DNA of 64,000 nucleotides from Malacoraja senta (GCA_038087875.1 JAXLNO010000539.1:1-64000); one strand, 5' to 3'. Shown: positions 34,173-48,467, numbered from the stretch's first letter. Notes: a model not told the origin generated them from the sequence alone. Numbers and translations are program-made.

Positions 34173-37100
34173 AAAACTGATTATTATCGGTGTTGACATC
34201 TGGCTATGGGGTAGTCACTTCCATACTCCATTTCACACAACTGGAGTCTGAGTTACCGAGCTCCCCGATACATCCCCGGGCCTCAGTTCCTCTGCTCGAT
34301 TGGTATTCCCACATTAAAGGAGCTTTACTGTAGAGAAGGTGACGCAGCGGTAGAGTTGCTGCCTCACAGCGCCAGAGACCAGGGTTTCGATCCTGCCCAC
34401 AGTTGCTTGTCTGTACGGAGTTTGGACGTTCGTCTGAAGAAGGGTTTCGGCCCGAAACGTTGCCTATTTCCTTCGCTCCATAGATGCTGCTGCACCCGCT
34501 GAGTTTCTCCAGCACTTGTGTCCACCTCCCCGTGACCCGCGTGGGTTTTCTCCGGGTGCTCCGGTTTCCTCCCACACTCCGGAGACGTACAGGTCTGAAG
34601 GTTAATTGGCTTTGGTAAGAATTGTAAATTGTCCCCTAGTGTGTGTGTGTGTGGGATAGTGCTGGTGTTCGGGGTGATCGCTGGTCGGCACGGACTTGAT
34701 GGGCCGAAGGGCCTGTTCCCGCCCGTACAACTAAACTAAAGATCAGCTCCTTTATTCAAGCTTGTTTAAAGTTTTAATAACATTTATAGAATGATTTGAT
34801 TTTCCAGTTCTTGCCTTCCAGCCTCCACCACCATTCCCCGGCCTCACGTTCCAGGCACCCACTGTGTAAAAAATAAACCTCATCCCCTTTACACTTAACC
34901 CCCTCTCACCTTAGACTGTACCTGTCCGTCTCTGTAGAGTTCTACTTTAGTTTAGAGATACAGGCCCTTCGGCCCACTGAGTCCACCTATCTTCTGTATT
35001 CTCCTCGTGGTCCTCTACACCTCACCCTCCTGCGCTCCAAGTCCCAGCCCTGCCCAACCTCTCCCTGTAGCTCGGGCCCTCGGGTTCTGGCAACATCCTC
35101 GTAAATCTTCTCGGCATTGATTCCAGTTGAACCGGATTGCAATCGAGTTTAAAACACGTTGCACTCAATCTTTCAGCGAGAAATATCTCTGCTCCGAGTT
35201 CAGCGCCGGTTGTCCGATAGATTTGGGCAGTAATGTGAAGGTTGTTTTTGCTCATTTGCCGAACTGGAGCGTTTCTGGTGGGTTGGAGCGTGTACTGGGG
35301 ATCCTGTTGCTTCCCACATAATAAGGGGCAGCTGCAGAAGTTAAGTACACGCTCGCTCTTCCCACCATTCAGGTTTGAGCAAGTCAGGACCTAGTTACTC
35401 CCCTCAGCTGATGGGCCTTGAGAGACGCAGCGGGGAAACAGGCCCAACGGGTCGTTGCCGATCAGCGCGATCAGCGATCACCCTGTACACTCGCACTATC
35501 CACACTAGCGACAGTTTACTATTTTACTGAAGCCAATTGACCTACAAACGTGTACGTCTTTGGAGAAACCGGAGAAAACCCGCGCAGACTCGGTACAGAC
35601 AGCACTCGGGATCGAACCCGGGTCTCTGGCGCTGTGAGGCAGCAACTCCGCCACTGTGCTGGTCGTGGGGATTTTAGGAAATACATAAGCTATTGTCGTG
35701 AGTTTGGCGCCTTAGTCTCAGGAACAGGACAGCATAGGACGTCCAAACCTTCGGAGGAAAGACAATAATCCTGTTTTTAAGGCTGCCTCGCAACGCCCGA
35801 GACCCTAGTCCGATCCTGATCACGATTGCTGTCCGTACGTTCTCCCTGTGACTGCGTGGGTTTTCACCAGGTGCTCCGGTTTCCTCCCACATCCCAAAGA
35901 CGTGCGGGCTTGTAGGTTAATTGGCTTCTGTAAATTGCCCCAAGTGTCTGGTGAGTGGATGAGAAAGTGGGATAACATGGAAGTGGAGTGCAGGTGATCG
36001 ATGGTCGACGTGGACCCGGATTACTCGGCTGTATCCCTAAACTAACCAAACCTAAACGGAAGAGTTAGCTGTTGCAAAGTTCCTTTTAGAATAATGATGT
36101 GCATTTGTTGTCCAAATGCTACTTGGAATGCTTCCGAGTGAAAGATTAGAAATGCTGGTGTTGAAATAAAGTGATTTTTGCTTCTTTCTTGAGATTACCC
36201 GCATGGTTTTTTTTTGGATGATGAAATATTTAATTACTATATATCCTCAGGGCTGCAAGGATGGAGGCTGTAAGTTTTCATCCCAACATGCTGCGATATG
36301 GGAAGGGTGTATCCAACACCACTGAATCCTCAGCACTGCAAACTACACCCAAGTTGATTCATGGTCATCTGAAAGGCGGAGTTAGAGAATGTCCTATATC
36401 CACAATAGTGTTAGAACAGCAGCAGAATGGTCCTTTTTTAGTTTAGGCTGACAGTGGTGCAGCGCTCTGCCCCACAGTGCCAGAGACCTGGGTTCGATCC
36501 TGACTACGGGGGCTGTCTGTACAGTTTGTACGTTCTCCCCAGGACCTGCATGGGTTTTCTCCGGGAACACTGGTTTCCTGCTGAGAGAATGGAGCAGCTG
36601 GGCTTGTACACTCTGGAGTTTAGAAGGATGAGAGGCAATCTCATCGAAACATATAAGATTGTTAAGGGTTTGGACACGCTAGAGGCAGGAAACATGTTCC
36701 CGATGTTGGGGGGGGGAGAGTCCAGAACCAGGGGCCACACAGTTTAAGAATAAGGGGTAAGCCATTTAGAACGGAGACGAGGAAACACTTTTTCTCACAG
36801 AGTGGTGAGTCTGGAATTCTCTGCCTCAGAAGGCAGTGGAGGCCGGTTCTCTGGATGCTTTCAAGAGAGAGCTAGATAGGGCTGTTAAAGATAGCGGAGT
36901 CAGGGGATATGGGGAGAAGGCAGGAACGGGGTACTGATTGGGGACGATCAGCCAAAATCACATTGAATGGCGGTGCTGGCTCGAAGGGCCGAATGGCCTA
37001 CTCCTGCACCTATTGTCTATTGTCCTCCCACACTCCAAAGACGTACAAGTTTGTAGGCTAATTGGCTTTGGTAAAAGTATAATTTGTCCCCAGTGCATTA

Positions 37101-37679
37101 GTTTTGGATTGTTAGTGTACGGGGTGATTGCTGGTCAGCATGGGTTGAACTGAATGTATCTAAACCAAACCCTATTGGGAACAGCAATGCCTGGCGTTTA
37201 ATTTCCTGCAGCGTCACCACAGTATGAAAGCTTTGTTCCTGCTATTCACTGAACTGTGAGGACCCCCCCCAATGAGCCAGAGAACCCAACACTTCAGAGT
37301 TTCGGGTGTTGGCTGGATCCTAATCCAGTTCAGAATGAAAAGACTTCACCGGGCACTGGAACTATCTATAGTTAAAACAACTGGCTCAGGACAACACCCT
37401 GTATTTTCGCGAGCATACTTCAACAGGAGGGACAGACTGCAACCCGAGCCAAGGCCAAATTCCTTTTCTGAACATTTTAATTGTTTTTAAAAACGTTGAC
37501 AGCAGACCAATTCATATCATGTGCTTTGTTCCTCTTCTGGTCCGTTTACTTGAACCGACGGGTAAACAATGGAAAATCTAAACGGGTTTAATAACCGCGC
37601 GCAAGGCATTAAGTCCCATCTTTTTACAGTGTTTGTCGCACAAATTAAAACATCGGCACAATTCAAGATCAAAGGTTTC

Positions 37680-37685
37680 TTTATT
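37680..37685 (-). terminator. Candidate POLR2G polyadenylation signal AATAAA
   Basis: TTTATT on the plus strand in unique AT-rich sequence ~1.2 kb past the stop. Confidence 0.35.
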
Positions 37686-38911
37686 AAACAGGAAAAGCAA
37701 AAACAGGGTCGTGTGGCTTACAATTCTTTTAAAAATAGAGAAGAAAAAAAAAATCCATTCGAGGACCAGCAAGTCAAAGATAATTTGAAACTGTGGAATT
37801 AGAAATTGTTTTAACAATTGGACTCGTCATTTAAGACCCAGCCAACACCCTAAACCTCAATGAGTTCTGGACTTAATCAAACGACCACCAGGAGGAGCCA
37901 AAGAGCTCAAATGGATTATCACCGCAGTGGATGTTAGAAAGATCAGTCTTTCTTTCGAATGTTCCACAGGTCTTGGACACAAGTGACAAATGATTACGTG
38001 CTTCCACGCATGCACAGAGAGAGGGGCTGGGCAGCTTTGGGTTTGAAGCAGGTCCACGCCTACTAGGGCAGTGAGGTGCAGGACATTTAGAAAGGAGATG
38101 AGGAATTTCTTTAAGAAAGAACTGCAGATGCTGGAATAAAAAAAATCGAAGTTGGATAAAAAATACTGGAGAAACTCAGCGGGTGAGGCAGCGTCTATGG
38201 AGCGAAGGAATAGGTGATGATTCGGGTCGAGTATCTGCCTCACCCGATGAGTTTCTCCGGCATTTTTGTCTACCCTTGAGGAATTTCTTTAGTCAGAAGG
38301 GTGGTGAATCTGTGGGATTCATTGCCACTGACGGCTTTGGTGGCCAGGTCAATGGGTATGTTTTAAGGCGGACATTGACAGATTCTTGATTAGTATGGGT
38401 GTCAGAGGTTATGGGGAGAAAGCAGGATAGAGTTGAGAGGGAAAGATGGATCAGCCATGATGGAATGGCGGAATAGACTTGATGGGCCGAATGGCCTAAC
38501 TCCGCTGCAAGAACTTCTGATATTTGCATTGCTCACCATTGATATAAAATCTATACAAACAGGAGCAAGCTGCTGCTCTGGGAGGAGGAGCAGAGTCACT
38601 CCATTGAAGCCCCCCTCTCTCTCTCCGTTGAACCACTAACGCCTGCCGTTGGGCCGAGAAGGATCAGCGTGGCTAATCCAGGGAAGAGGGCATCGTAGCT
38701 CCAACCAACACAGCCGTTTTAAACCAGGGCTTGGTCCTCGCAACAGATCGGCACCCACAGGCTCAGACCCAAGAGCAGGCGTGCTGACATTGAGCAGGTC
38801 GGGAGAGGCGGAGTGAAGCCATTGCACTGGGGAAGGCGAGCGGTTGCCTTCAGAGTCTGTATCCGCCCCCCCCCCCCCCCCTCCGGCGGCTCCGGATGGC
38901 CTGCGGTAGCT

Positions 38912-38925
38912 TTAGCTCACAAGTC
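38912..38925 (-). CDS. POLR2G: RNA polymerase II subunit RPB7, exon 8 (G)LVS*
   Basis: Pyrimidine tract, cgcag|GA CTT GTG AGC TAA. Confidence 0.93.
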
Positions 38926-41207
38926 CTGCGGAGAGAGAGAGAAAAAGGAGGTGTTTAACCATTAAGCAGGTGAGATCCGGTCCATATGTTCTATAATGCA
39001 TAGTGGGTGCACAATAAATGCTAGCGTTTACTTCCAGCGAGCTAGAATACAAAAACATGGATGTCATGCTGAGGCTCTACAAGGCACAGGCCAGGCCGCA
39101 TTTGGAGTATTGCGAGCAGTTTTATGCACCGTATCTGAGGTAATAATAATAATAATAGATTTTATTTATATAGCGCTTTTCAGGACTCAAAGTCGCTTAG
39201 GATGTGCCGGCTCCGGAGAGGGTCCAGAGGATGATCCCAGGAACGAGTGGGTTAACCTATGATGAGCGTTTGTCGGTGCTGGGCCTGTACTCGCTGGAGT
39301 TTAGAAGGAAGAGAGGGGGGTCCTCTTTGAAACGTACAGAATAGTGAAAGGCCTGGATAGAGTGGATGTGGAGAGGATGTTTCCACTGGTGGGAGAGTCT
39401 AGGACCAAAGGATTAAAGGGCGTTCTTTTAGGGAGATGAGGAGGAATTTCTTCAGTCAGAGGGTGGTGAATCTGTGGGATTCTTTGCCACAGACGGCTGT
39501 GGAGGCCACAAGTCAGTGGATATTTTTACGGCAGAGATAGATAGATTCTTGATTAGTACGGGTGTCAGGGGTTACGGGGAGAAAGCAGGAGAATGGGGTT
39601 AGGAGGGAGAGATAGATCAGCCATTGAACGGCGGAGTAGCCTTGATGGGCCGAACAGCCTAATATCGCTGATGGCTCTGAAACGTTGCAGGGGCTTTGGC
39701 AGTGCCACACAGTGTGGAAACAGGCCCTTTGGCCCAACTTGCCCCCGAACAACATCTACACTGGTCCCACTTGCCCGCATTTGGCCCATATCCCTCTAAA
39801 CATATCCTGTCCATGCACCTGTTTTTTGCGTTGTGATGGTACCTGCCTCAACTACCTCCTCTGGAAGCTCGTTCCACACACCAGCCTGTGTGGAAAAAGT
39901 TACTCCTCAGGTTCCCATTAATTCTCCCCCCCCCCCCCCCTCTCACCTTAAACCTATGTCCTCTGGTTCTCGATTCCCCTACTCTGGGCAAGAGGCTCTG
40001 TGCATCTACCCGATCTATTCCTCTATGATTTTGAACACCCGTCAGTACAGTTGTCACGAGCTGCCGCCACGTGGATGGACGGGAGCGGAGAGAGGGAGCA
40101 GCACGAAGGCATTGTGAGTACGGGGCCCGTCCCTGGCGTGTGGGGCCGGGGCTCTGTGGCCCCTTAGTTTGACCCCTCCCGTCACCACGTTTCTTCCCAC
40201 CCCGGTCTTGGGTTAAACGAGTTAATATTTACCCCCATCCATTCCCACACTGACCTTTCTGTCCTGGGCCTCCTCCATTGTCAGAGTGAGGCCCAGTGCA
40301 AGTTGGAGGAACAGCACCTCATATAGACAATAGGTGCAGGAGTAGGCCATTCGGCCCTTTGAGCCAGCACCGCCACTCAATGTGATCATGGCTGATCATC
40401 CCCAATCAGTACCCCGTTCCTGCCTTCTCCCCATATCCCCTGACTCCGCTATCTTTAAGAGCCCTATCTAGCTCTCTCTCGAAAGTATCCAGAGAACCGG
40501 CCTCCACCGCCCTCTGAGGCAGAGAATTCCACAGACTCGCCACTCTCTGTGAGAAAAAGTGTTTCCTCGTCTCCGTTCTAAATGGCTTACCCCTTATTCT
40601 TAAACTGTGGCCCCTGGTTCTGGACTCCCCCAACATCGGGAACATGTTTCCTGCCTCTACCGTATTCTGCTTGGGCAGCTCACACCCCAGCTGTATGAAC
40701 ATTGACTTCTCTAACTTCAAGTAACCTTTGCTTTCCCCCTCTCTCTCTCTCCATCTCCGTCTCCATCTCCGTCTACATTTTGTCTGTGTGCTTTGTTGTC
40801 ACCTTCTCCCAGCTAACAACGATCTATTCTACATGTTCCTTGTCATGTTTTCACACCTTGAACTTCCTTGTTTATGTATCTCCCTCTCCCCTGAAGAAAG
40901 GTCTCGACCCAAAACATCACCCATTCCTTCTCTCCAGAGATGCTGCCTGTCCCGCTGGTTTACTCCAGCATTCTGTGTCTATCTTCGGTTTAAATCAGCA
41001 TCTGCAGTTCCTTCCTACACAATATTTACCCCCCCCCTCCCCTCGTGCTCCGTTCTAGCGAGGGTTTACTGTATTCCACATGTGGCGTCACCACCACCTT
41101 ACAAAGCCTCAGCGTTACACCCTTACTTAGCCTGTCCACCATAACTATCCCTGCTACTCAGTCCCAGCATTCCCAGCTAACCCTTTTACACACGGTACCA
41201 GCAGTTA

Positions 41208-41357
41208 AGGGCCTCAATTTCGCGTCACGCAGGTGGTGCGCGAAGATTCTGTGAATCCCAAAATCCTGGGCGTTACTGCCTACGCCACCACATGTCGTGC
41301 CGTGTAAATGATGCCGTGTAAATGACGCGCAAATAACGCCCAAGTGGGACAGGCCTT
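41208..41357. mobile_element. Partially deleted Harbinger-type MITE
   Basis: Ends AGGGCCT... and AAGTGGGACAGGCCT, like 5200-5417. Confidence 0.55.
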
Positions 41358-41888
41358 CACTCTTTGCACAGTGAAGGCCATTGCACTGCAATAGCGGAGG
41401 CCTCAATAGGCCTGACTGTGGGAGAACTGGGGTTGGGGACTGGACATTGTGCCTTCCCCCACAGTGGTAACCATTGTGGGGGGGATGATTTTTGTATGTA
41501 GTGTCCATGTTAGTTTGTGTCCAAGATGGCGGTCGGAGGGGAGAGTGGACGCTGGCGCGGTTTAGCTGCCGCTGCTCTCTCTTCACATTGTGTTTCTCTT
41601 TTTTCTTTTTGTGTCTTTGGATCGAATTCTGTCTTTAATTTGTGTATTGGTGATGTCTTTATAACTTATTTAACTCGGATTATTTGTTTCTTACTTGATA
41701 AACTCTGTAAGGTGTCCTTGAGACTTTGGTATAAGGCGCCCATAAATAACATGTATTATTATTATTATTGCACGCCTGTAGCCCTCCTGTGGGTGGAGGT
41801 CTCGGCATCTTATTGTACAACCAGAGCAAGTGGAGGCTTCGATCACATAAATCAGATGTACACGCAGCAGGGCAGCAGTTGTACTTAC

Positions 41889-41922
41889 CGAGGAAGTCAT
41901 CCATCAGAGAGCCAATGGCAAA
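41889..41922 (-). CDS. POLR2G: RPB7 exon 7 FAIGSLMDDFL(G)
   Basis: 34 nt, ttgcag / gtaagt. Confidence 0.97.
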
Positions 41923-43034
41923 CTGCAAGAAAGAAATCACCATTTAGTTTAGAGATACAGAGCGTAAACAGGCCCTTCTGCCCACCGAGTCCACACTGAC
42001 TAGCGATCCCCGCACATGAACACTACCCTGCACGGACTAGGGACAATCTTTACATTTATACCAAGCCAATTAACCTAGAAAAGAAGGCGGTGGAGGCCAA
42101 TTCTCTGGATGCCTTCAAGAGAGAGTTAGATAGGGCTCTTAAAGATAGCGGAGTCGGGGGATATGGGGAGAAGGCAGGAACGGGGTACTGATTGGGGATG
42201 ATCAGCCATGATCACATTGAATGGCGGTGCTGGCTCGAAGGGCCCACTCCATGTACCAATTGTCTATTGAAACTAAATATCTCAGAGAAACCCACGCAGG
42301 TCCACAGGGTGAAACGTCACAAGGGAACAGTAGCTGAAAACCCCCTTCCAGAGACGAGCTGAAGCTTTTACCTCATCACCACACAACAGAGACCAACTGA
42401 AATCCACACCTGGGTTGTTCTTTCTGCATGTACATCTTTAGCACGGAAACAGGCCCTTCGGCCCACCGGGTCTGCTCTGACCAGTGATCACTCTTAAAAT
42501 AGCGGAGTCAGGGGATATGGGGAGAAGGCAGAAACAGGGTACTGATTGGGGATGATCAGCCATGATCACATTGAATGGCGGTGCTGGCTCGAAGGGCCGA
42601 ATGGCCTACTCCTGCACCTATTGTCTATTGTCACCCCGTACACTAACACTAATCCTACCCAATAGGGACAATGCACAGAAGCCAATAAACCTGCATGTCT
42701 ATGGAGAGTGGGAGGAAACTGGAGCACCTGGAGAAAACCCACGTTGTCACAGAGAATGAACAAACGCTGCACAGATGCAACAGTAGTCAGGATCAAACCC
42801 GGATCCCTGGCGCTGTGAGGCAACAACTCTGCCGCCGTGCCACTGTGCCGTCCTTAACTTTCCAAGATAGTTCTGCCTACATGTGATCCATACCCCTGCA
42901 TTCCTAGTTTATCCATGTGCCTATCGAAATGAATTGACCAACATTGTTCCAGTGGGAGGGTGATAGTTTGTGGTGCGAGCCAATATCCCGACAGCCATTG
43001 CAACAGTCTACAAAATATAGGTCTGTATACTTAC

Positions 43035-43106
43035 AATGTCGTTTTTATCCACTCTGGTTCCCACAACTTTCAGTCGAATTTCGTCGTCTTGCTGGATGAC
43101 GATGTC
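43035..43106 (-). CDS. POLR2G: RPB7 exon 6 [24 protein letters not shown]
   Basis: 72 nt, ccag / gtaagt. Confidence 0.98.
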
Positions 43107-45084
43107 CTGGAATAAAAGTCCCAGACAGTTAGAAAGGTCTTGATGCTAAACCCAGCTTACAACCTTTACAGACATACAAAAAGCACCAACAGGCAAAGAC
43201 CGGCTACTCTGTGTATATGTAATCCGGTGGAGGCAAGGAACTAGTGAGGAGGCCCTGGGCCAGAGGGGAGGGATTCCTCCCAGCTCCTAAAGTGGGATGT
43301 AGACCAAAATGCTGGAGAAACTCAGCGGGTGAGGCAGCATCTATGGAGCGAAGGTTCAGGCCGAAACCCTTTCTTCAGACTCAAAGTGGGTTAATCCCCT
43401 GCCCGAGAGATCACTGGGCCCAAGGATTTGATGCAAGATCTTGATATACAATCGGGGGAAGGTCCAAGGGCAGAAAGTCCAACGTATGAGAAAATTGTGG
43501 ACAGGTACATGGTAGGGTGGGGTTCGAGAAATATGGGCCAAACGCAGACAGGTGGGACCAGTGCAGATGGGGCTACTGTAGATTAGGCATGTTGGCCGGT
43601 AGGGCAAGTTGTTTCCATGCTGTATGACTTCTAAGGAAGAAATTGGATGGAAAATTCCTCCAAGCCCTTAATATTGCTTCCCATAAAATTCAACAAAATC
43701 TGGGTGGCACAAGAGGTACAGGTTTAAACGGAAGGTTAATTGGCTTTGGTAAAAATTGTAAATTGTGCCTAGTGTGTAGGATAGAGCTAGTGTACGGGGG
43801 TTGTTGTTGACTCAGATGAGGTGGTCCGCGCTGTATCTCTAAACCAAACTCAAGGTGCTCCTTGGAGGCACGTCGAGAAACGGCAGCAATGTACCGCCCG
43901 ACAAAGCAATCCAGAACCTCACCACGCTCGAAAGCAGCTACTTGCGGTGGGAGTGGGTTTAATCATTGTCAAATTTAACGATTTAAATAGGACATTAGGG
44001 GGCCGTTCTGGAGAGATTATGGTCACAACTCTATCAACCACCAGCAAAAAGTGAATGAAAAATAATCAAATGAAACAGACAGGAATCAGAAATAAAAAAA
44101 CAAGAAAACTCAAAATCAGACAGCGTTTGTGGACGAATAAGAGTTCCTTATTAGTTGGCAGTGGTGCGGTGTAGAGAGCCAGGTTCGATCCGGACTATGG
44201 GCGCTGTCTGTGTGGAGTTTGTACGTTCTCCCTGTGACCGCGTGGATTTTCTCCGGGTGCTCCGGTTTCCTCCCACACTCCAAAGACGTGCGAGTTTGTA
44301 GGTTATAGTTTGTTATAGTCAAGAGAGAGCTAGATAGGGCTCTTAAAGATAGCAGTGTCAGGGGATATGGGGAGAAGGCAGGAACGGGGTACTGATTGGG
44401 GATAATCAGCCATGATCACATTGAATGGCGGTGCAGGCTCGAAGGGCCGAATGGCCTACTCCTGCACCTATTGTCTATTGTTATTTGACTTCTGTAAACT
44501 GTCCCTAGTGTGTGTAGGATAGTCCTAGTGTACGGGTGATCGCTGGTTGTCGCACTTGGTGGCCGAAGGGCCTGTTTCCACGATCTATCTCTAAACTAAA
44601 CCAATAAAAGTTAACACATTAGGTCAAGGACCTATTTTTAAGTTAGTTTAGAGATACAGAGCGGAAACAGGCCCTTCGGCCCACCAAGTCCGTGCCGACC
44701 AGCGATCACTGCACACTAACACTATCCTACACACATTAGGGACAATTTACAATTATACCAAACCAATTAACCTACAAACGTGTCTTTGGAGTGTGGGAGG
44801 AAACCGGAGATCCCTAAGAAAACCCACGCAGGGAGAACGTACAAACTCCTGTATAGACAGCAGCCGTAGTCAGGACCCACTTCCTAATTCTGATGAAGGC
44901 TCTTCACACTGCAATGTTGAAGTGATAATGGGTGCTTGACTGAACGTGGACCGTATATATCCCACAGATGCTGTCCATCCTGGCATTTTGTGCTTTTTAT
45001 TTCTGATGTTCAACCAGTTTCTTTCTGTGCAGGTGCTCTCTGATCTGCTGAGTATTTCCGGCATTGTTTAAAAAATATATATAT

Positions 45085-45620
45085 CTGGAGCATTGTGTGC
45101 AGTTTTGGTCCCCCTAATTTGAGGAAGGACATTCTTGCTATTGATGGAGTGCAGCGTAGGTTTACAAGGTTAATTCCCGGGATGGCGGGAGTGTCGTATG
45201 CTGAGAGAATGGAGCGGCTGGGCTTGTACACTCTGGAGTTTAGAAGGATGAGAGGGAATCTTATTGAAACATATAAGATTGTTAAGGGTTTGGACACACT
45301 AGAGGCAGGAAACATGTTCCCGATGTTGGGGGAGTCCAGAACCAGGGGCCACACAGTTTAAGAATAAGGGAGACGAGGAAACACTTTTTCTCACCGAGAG
45401 TTGTGAGTCTGTGGAATTCTCTGCCTCAGAGGGCGGTGGAGGCCAGTTCTCTGGATACTTTCAAGAGAGAGCTAGATAGGGCTCTACAAGATAGCGGAGT
45501 CAGGGGATATGGGGAGAAGACAGGAACGGGGTACTGATTGGGGATAATCAGCCATCATCACATTGAATGGTGGTGCTGGCTGGAAGGGACAAATGGCCTA
45601 CTCCTGCACCTATTGCCTAT
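45085..45620 (+). mobile_element. CR1 3' end
   Basis: Same motifs as 14380-14943. Confidence 0.9.
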
Positions 45621-46054
45621 TTCAGAGCATCTTCACTATTTCATGCACTTTTCAGCGAGATGGTCAAACTTTGCTTCAAAGGGCTGACGTTTGGTCGGAC
45701 GCCGTTCTTGAGGGATAACGGTCGCCCCGTGCTGCCCTCACCGCATCCGTACCTTTAATCTTGACCACAAGTCAGCAAAACAAACTATACAAACATAAAG
45801 TGGCGTTCCTTTCTCATTAAAGACTCCACGTTCATGACAACAGCGGAGCTACTGGACTTTTCACCACAGTCTTTGCCAGTCTCCTGCAGCAACTCATCAC
45901 GATGCCTCCTGTTCATTGGAGTGTGGGAGGAAACCGGAGATCCCTAAGAAAACCCACGCAGGATATTGGGGGATAAAAGTGTGACCCATTCCTTATTCAT
46001 TACTACCACTAGCAATAATAATAATAATAATCTTATTTCTATTCCTAAAACCCA

Positions 46055-46812
46055 AACCAGCAAAATCAAGGAACTGATTGTGGACTTCGGAAGGGGGTAG
46101 GATGGGGACACACAGTCGCGTTTATATCCACGGGTCGATGGTGGAAAGGGTCAAGAACTTCAAATTCCTGGGCGTGCATATTTCCGAAGATCTCTCCTGG
46201 TCCCAGAACACTGGTGCAACCATAAAGAAAGCACATCAGCGCCTCTACTTCCTGAGAAGATTAAGGAGAGTCGGTATGTCAAGGAGGACTCTCTCGAACT
46301 TCTACAGGTGCACAGTAGAGAGCATGCTGACTGGTTGCATCGTGGCTTGGTTCGGCAACTTGAGCGCCCTGGAGTGGAAAAGACTACAAAAAGTAGTAAA
46401 CACTGCCCAGTCCATCATCGGCTCTGACCTTCCTTCCATCGAGGGATCTATCGCAGTCACTGCCTCAAAAAGGCTGGCAGCATCATCAAGGATCCACCAT
46501 CCTGGCCACGCACTCATCTCCCCGCTGCCATCAGGTAGAAGGTACAGGAGCCTGAAATCTGCAACATCCAGGTTCAGGAATAGCTACTTCCCCACAGCCA
46601 TCAGGCTATTAAACACAACATCAAATAAACGCTGAACTATAACAGCCTATTGCACTTTATCTGTTTATTTATGTGTGTATATATATATTCTATGGTATAT
46701 GGACACACTGATCTGATCTGTATTTATGACTACTATATTCTGTTGTGCTGAAGCAAAGCAAGAATTCCATATCTGGGACACATGACAATAAACTCTCTTG
46801 AATCTTGACTTA
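46055..46812 (+). mobile_element. Rex/Babar LINE 3' fragment
   Basis: VERVKNFKFLGVHI..KKAHQRLYFLRRL; CTTGA tail. Confidence 0.9.
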
Positions 46813-47118
46813 AAAACAACAAACTAGAGGAGACACAAGAGATCGCACATGCTGGAATCTCCAGCAAATCACAAATTGATGGAGGAACTCAGTGGGTCAG
46901 TCAGCACCTGTGGAGGGAAATTGGGCAGGTGACACTTTGGGTCGGGACCCTTCTTCAGGCACGCAGGGGGTCTAAAGAAGGGTCCCGACCAGAAACATTG
47001 CCTGTTCATTCCCTTCACAGATACTGTCCGGCTTGTTGAGTTGCTCCTGCACTTTATATTTAGCTTGAGCAACTGAGGTTGTGAGCATAAAGTTTTTCAG
47101 TAAATCCATTCACCATAC

Positions 47119-47184
47119 CTCATCGCTGGTCTTGTAGCAGGGAGGGTTGGAATTGGGGTCAAATTCCATTTCTGATGGAATAGA
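47119..47184 (-). CDS. POLR2G: RPB7 exon 5 [22 protein letters not shown]
   Basis: 66 nt, cccag / gtatgg. Confidence 0.98.
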
Positions 47185-47542
47185 CTGGGAAAGAAAACAC
47201 AAAGAGATTAAACACTCAAAAACAGACTCAAATCAATTATATGTCCTGCCAAAGATGCAGACTTTCAAGACCTTAAATCTCGATTTAGTTTTTTTTTTTT
47301 TAAGTTTAGTTTGGTTCAGAGATGCAGCGCGGAAACAGGCCCTTCGGCCCACCGATTCCGCACCGACGTGCTATCCCCGCACATAACACTAACCTATACA
47401 CACACACACACACACACAAGGGACAATTTTACATTTATACCAAGCCAATTAACCTATAACCCGGTAAGTCTTTGGAGTGTGGGAGGAAACACTTCAAAAA
47501 GTGGGGGTTTGTAGGTTATTTGGCTTTGGTAGAATTGTAAAT

Positions 47543-48467
47543 CTCCCCGTTGGATTGCAACCTTGTGGTGGACGGGGAGCTTGTGTGTCTCAGTGACCCC
47601 TAGAGCTATGCCAGGGGGAGATTCGTCTCCTGTTAGGGTCTCCCATGCTGGACAGGTCGAAGGGTAGAGGCGAGACGAAGAGCGATCCACTGGTCCTCCA
47701 GGTTGGAGGTTGAGCACAGGGCTAACAACTCTGTCTCGTAAAACACTTTCCCTTGCAACCGCAAGAGATGCAACACTTGTCCCTTCACCTCTCCCCTCGA
47801 CTCCATTCAAGGACCCAAGCAGTCGTTCCAGGTGCGACAGAGGTTCACCTGCATCTCCTCCAACCTCATCTATTGCATCCGCTGCTCTAGATGCCAGCTG
47901 ATCTACATCGGTGAGACCAAGCGGAGGCTTGCCGATCGTTTCGCCGAACACCTCCGCTCGGTCCGCAATAACCAACCTGACCTCCCGGTGGCTCAGCACC
48001 TCAACTCCCCCTCCCATTCCTCTCTGTCCTGGGTCTCCTCCATGGCCAGAGCGAGCAACACTGGAAATTGGAGGAACAGCACCTCATCATCCGCTTGGGG
48101 AATCTGCATTCTGGGGGCATGAACATTGAATTCACCCAATTCTGTTAGCTCTTGCTGTCTCCTCCCCTTCCCCAACCCTCGGGCTGTCTCCTCCCATCCC
48201 TCAGCCCTCGGGCTCCTCCTCCGCCTTTTTCCTTTCTTCTCCCCAACCCCCATCAGTCTGAAGAAGGGTTTCGGCCCGAAACGTTGCCTATTTCTTTCGC
48301 TCCATAGATGCTGCTGCACCCGCTGAGTTTCTCCAGCATTTTTGTGTATCCTCGTAAAACAAATATGTTATGGAAACAGCAACTGAAGGAATCAACACTA
48401 CTGAGTGGAGGACCATCGTTGCTGCCCTACATGCCAGGAGGCATAATAGGCAGTACGTCAGTAAGTA
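47543..48467 (+). mobile_element. Bipartite non-autonomous RTE-type element (~310 bp, split by a Penelope insert)
   Basis: RTE-like 5' leader and (GTAA)n tail; TSD AGAATTGTAAAT (47531-47542, 48468-48479) within a SINE. Confidence 0.7.
47746..48350 (+). mobile_element. Penelope-like element 3' part with GIY-YIG endonuclease remnant
   Basis: NLIYCIRCSRCQLIYIGETKRRLADRFAEH; TSD CTCGTAAAACA (47735-47745, 48351-48361). Confidence 0.92.

Noticed and set aside
36216..36329. C/D snoRNA (ATGATGA...CTGA with short GGA/TCC stem)
   Set aside because: No convincing rRNA guide recognised and no evident host intron; chance match plausible
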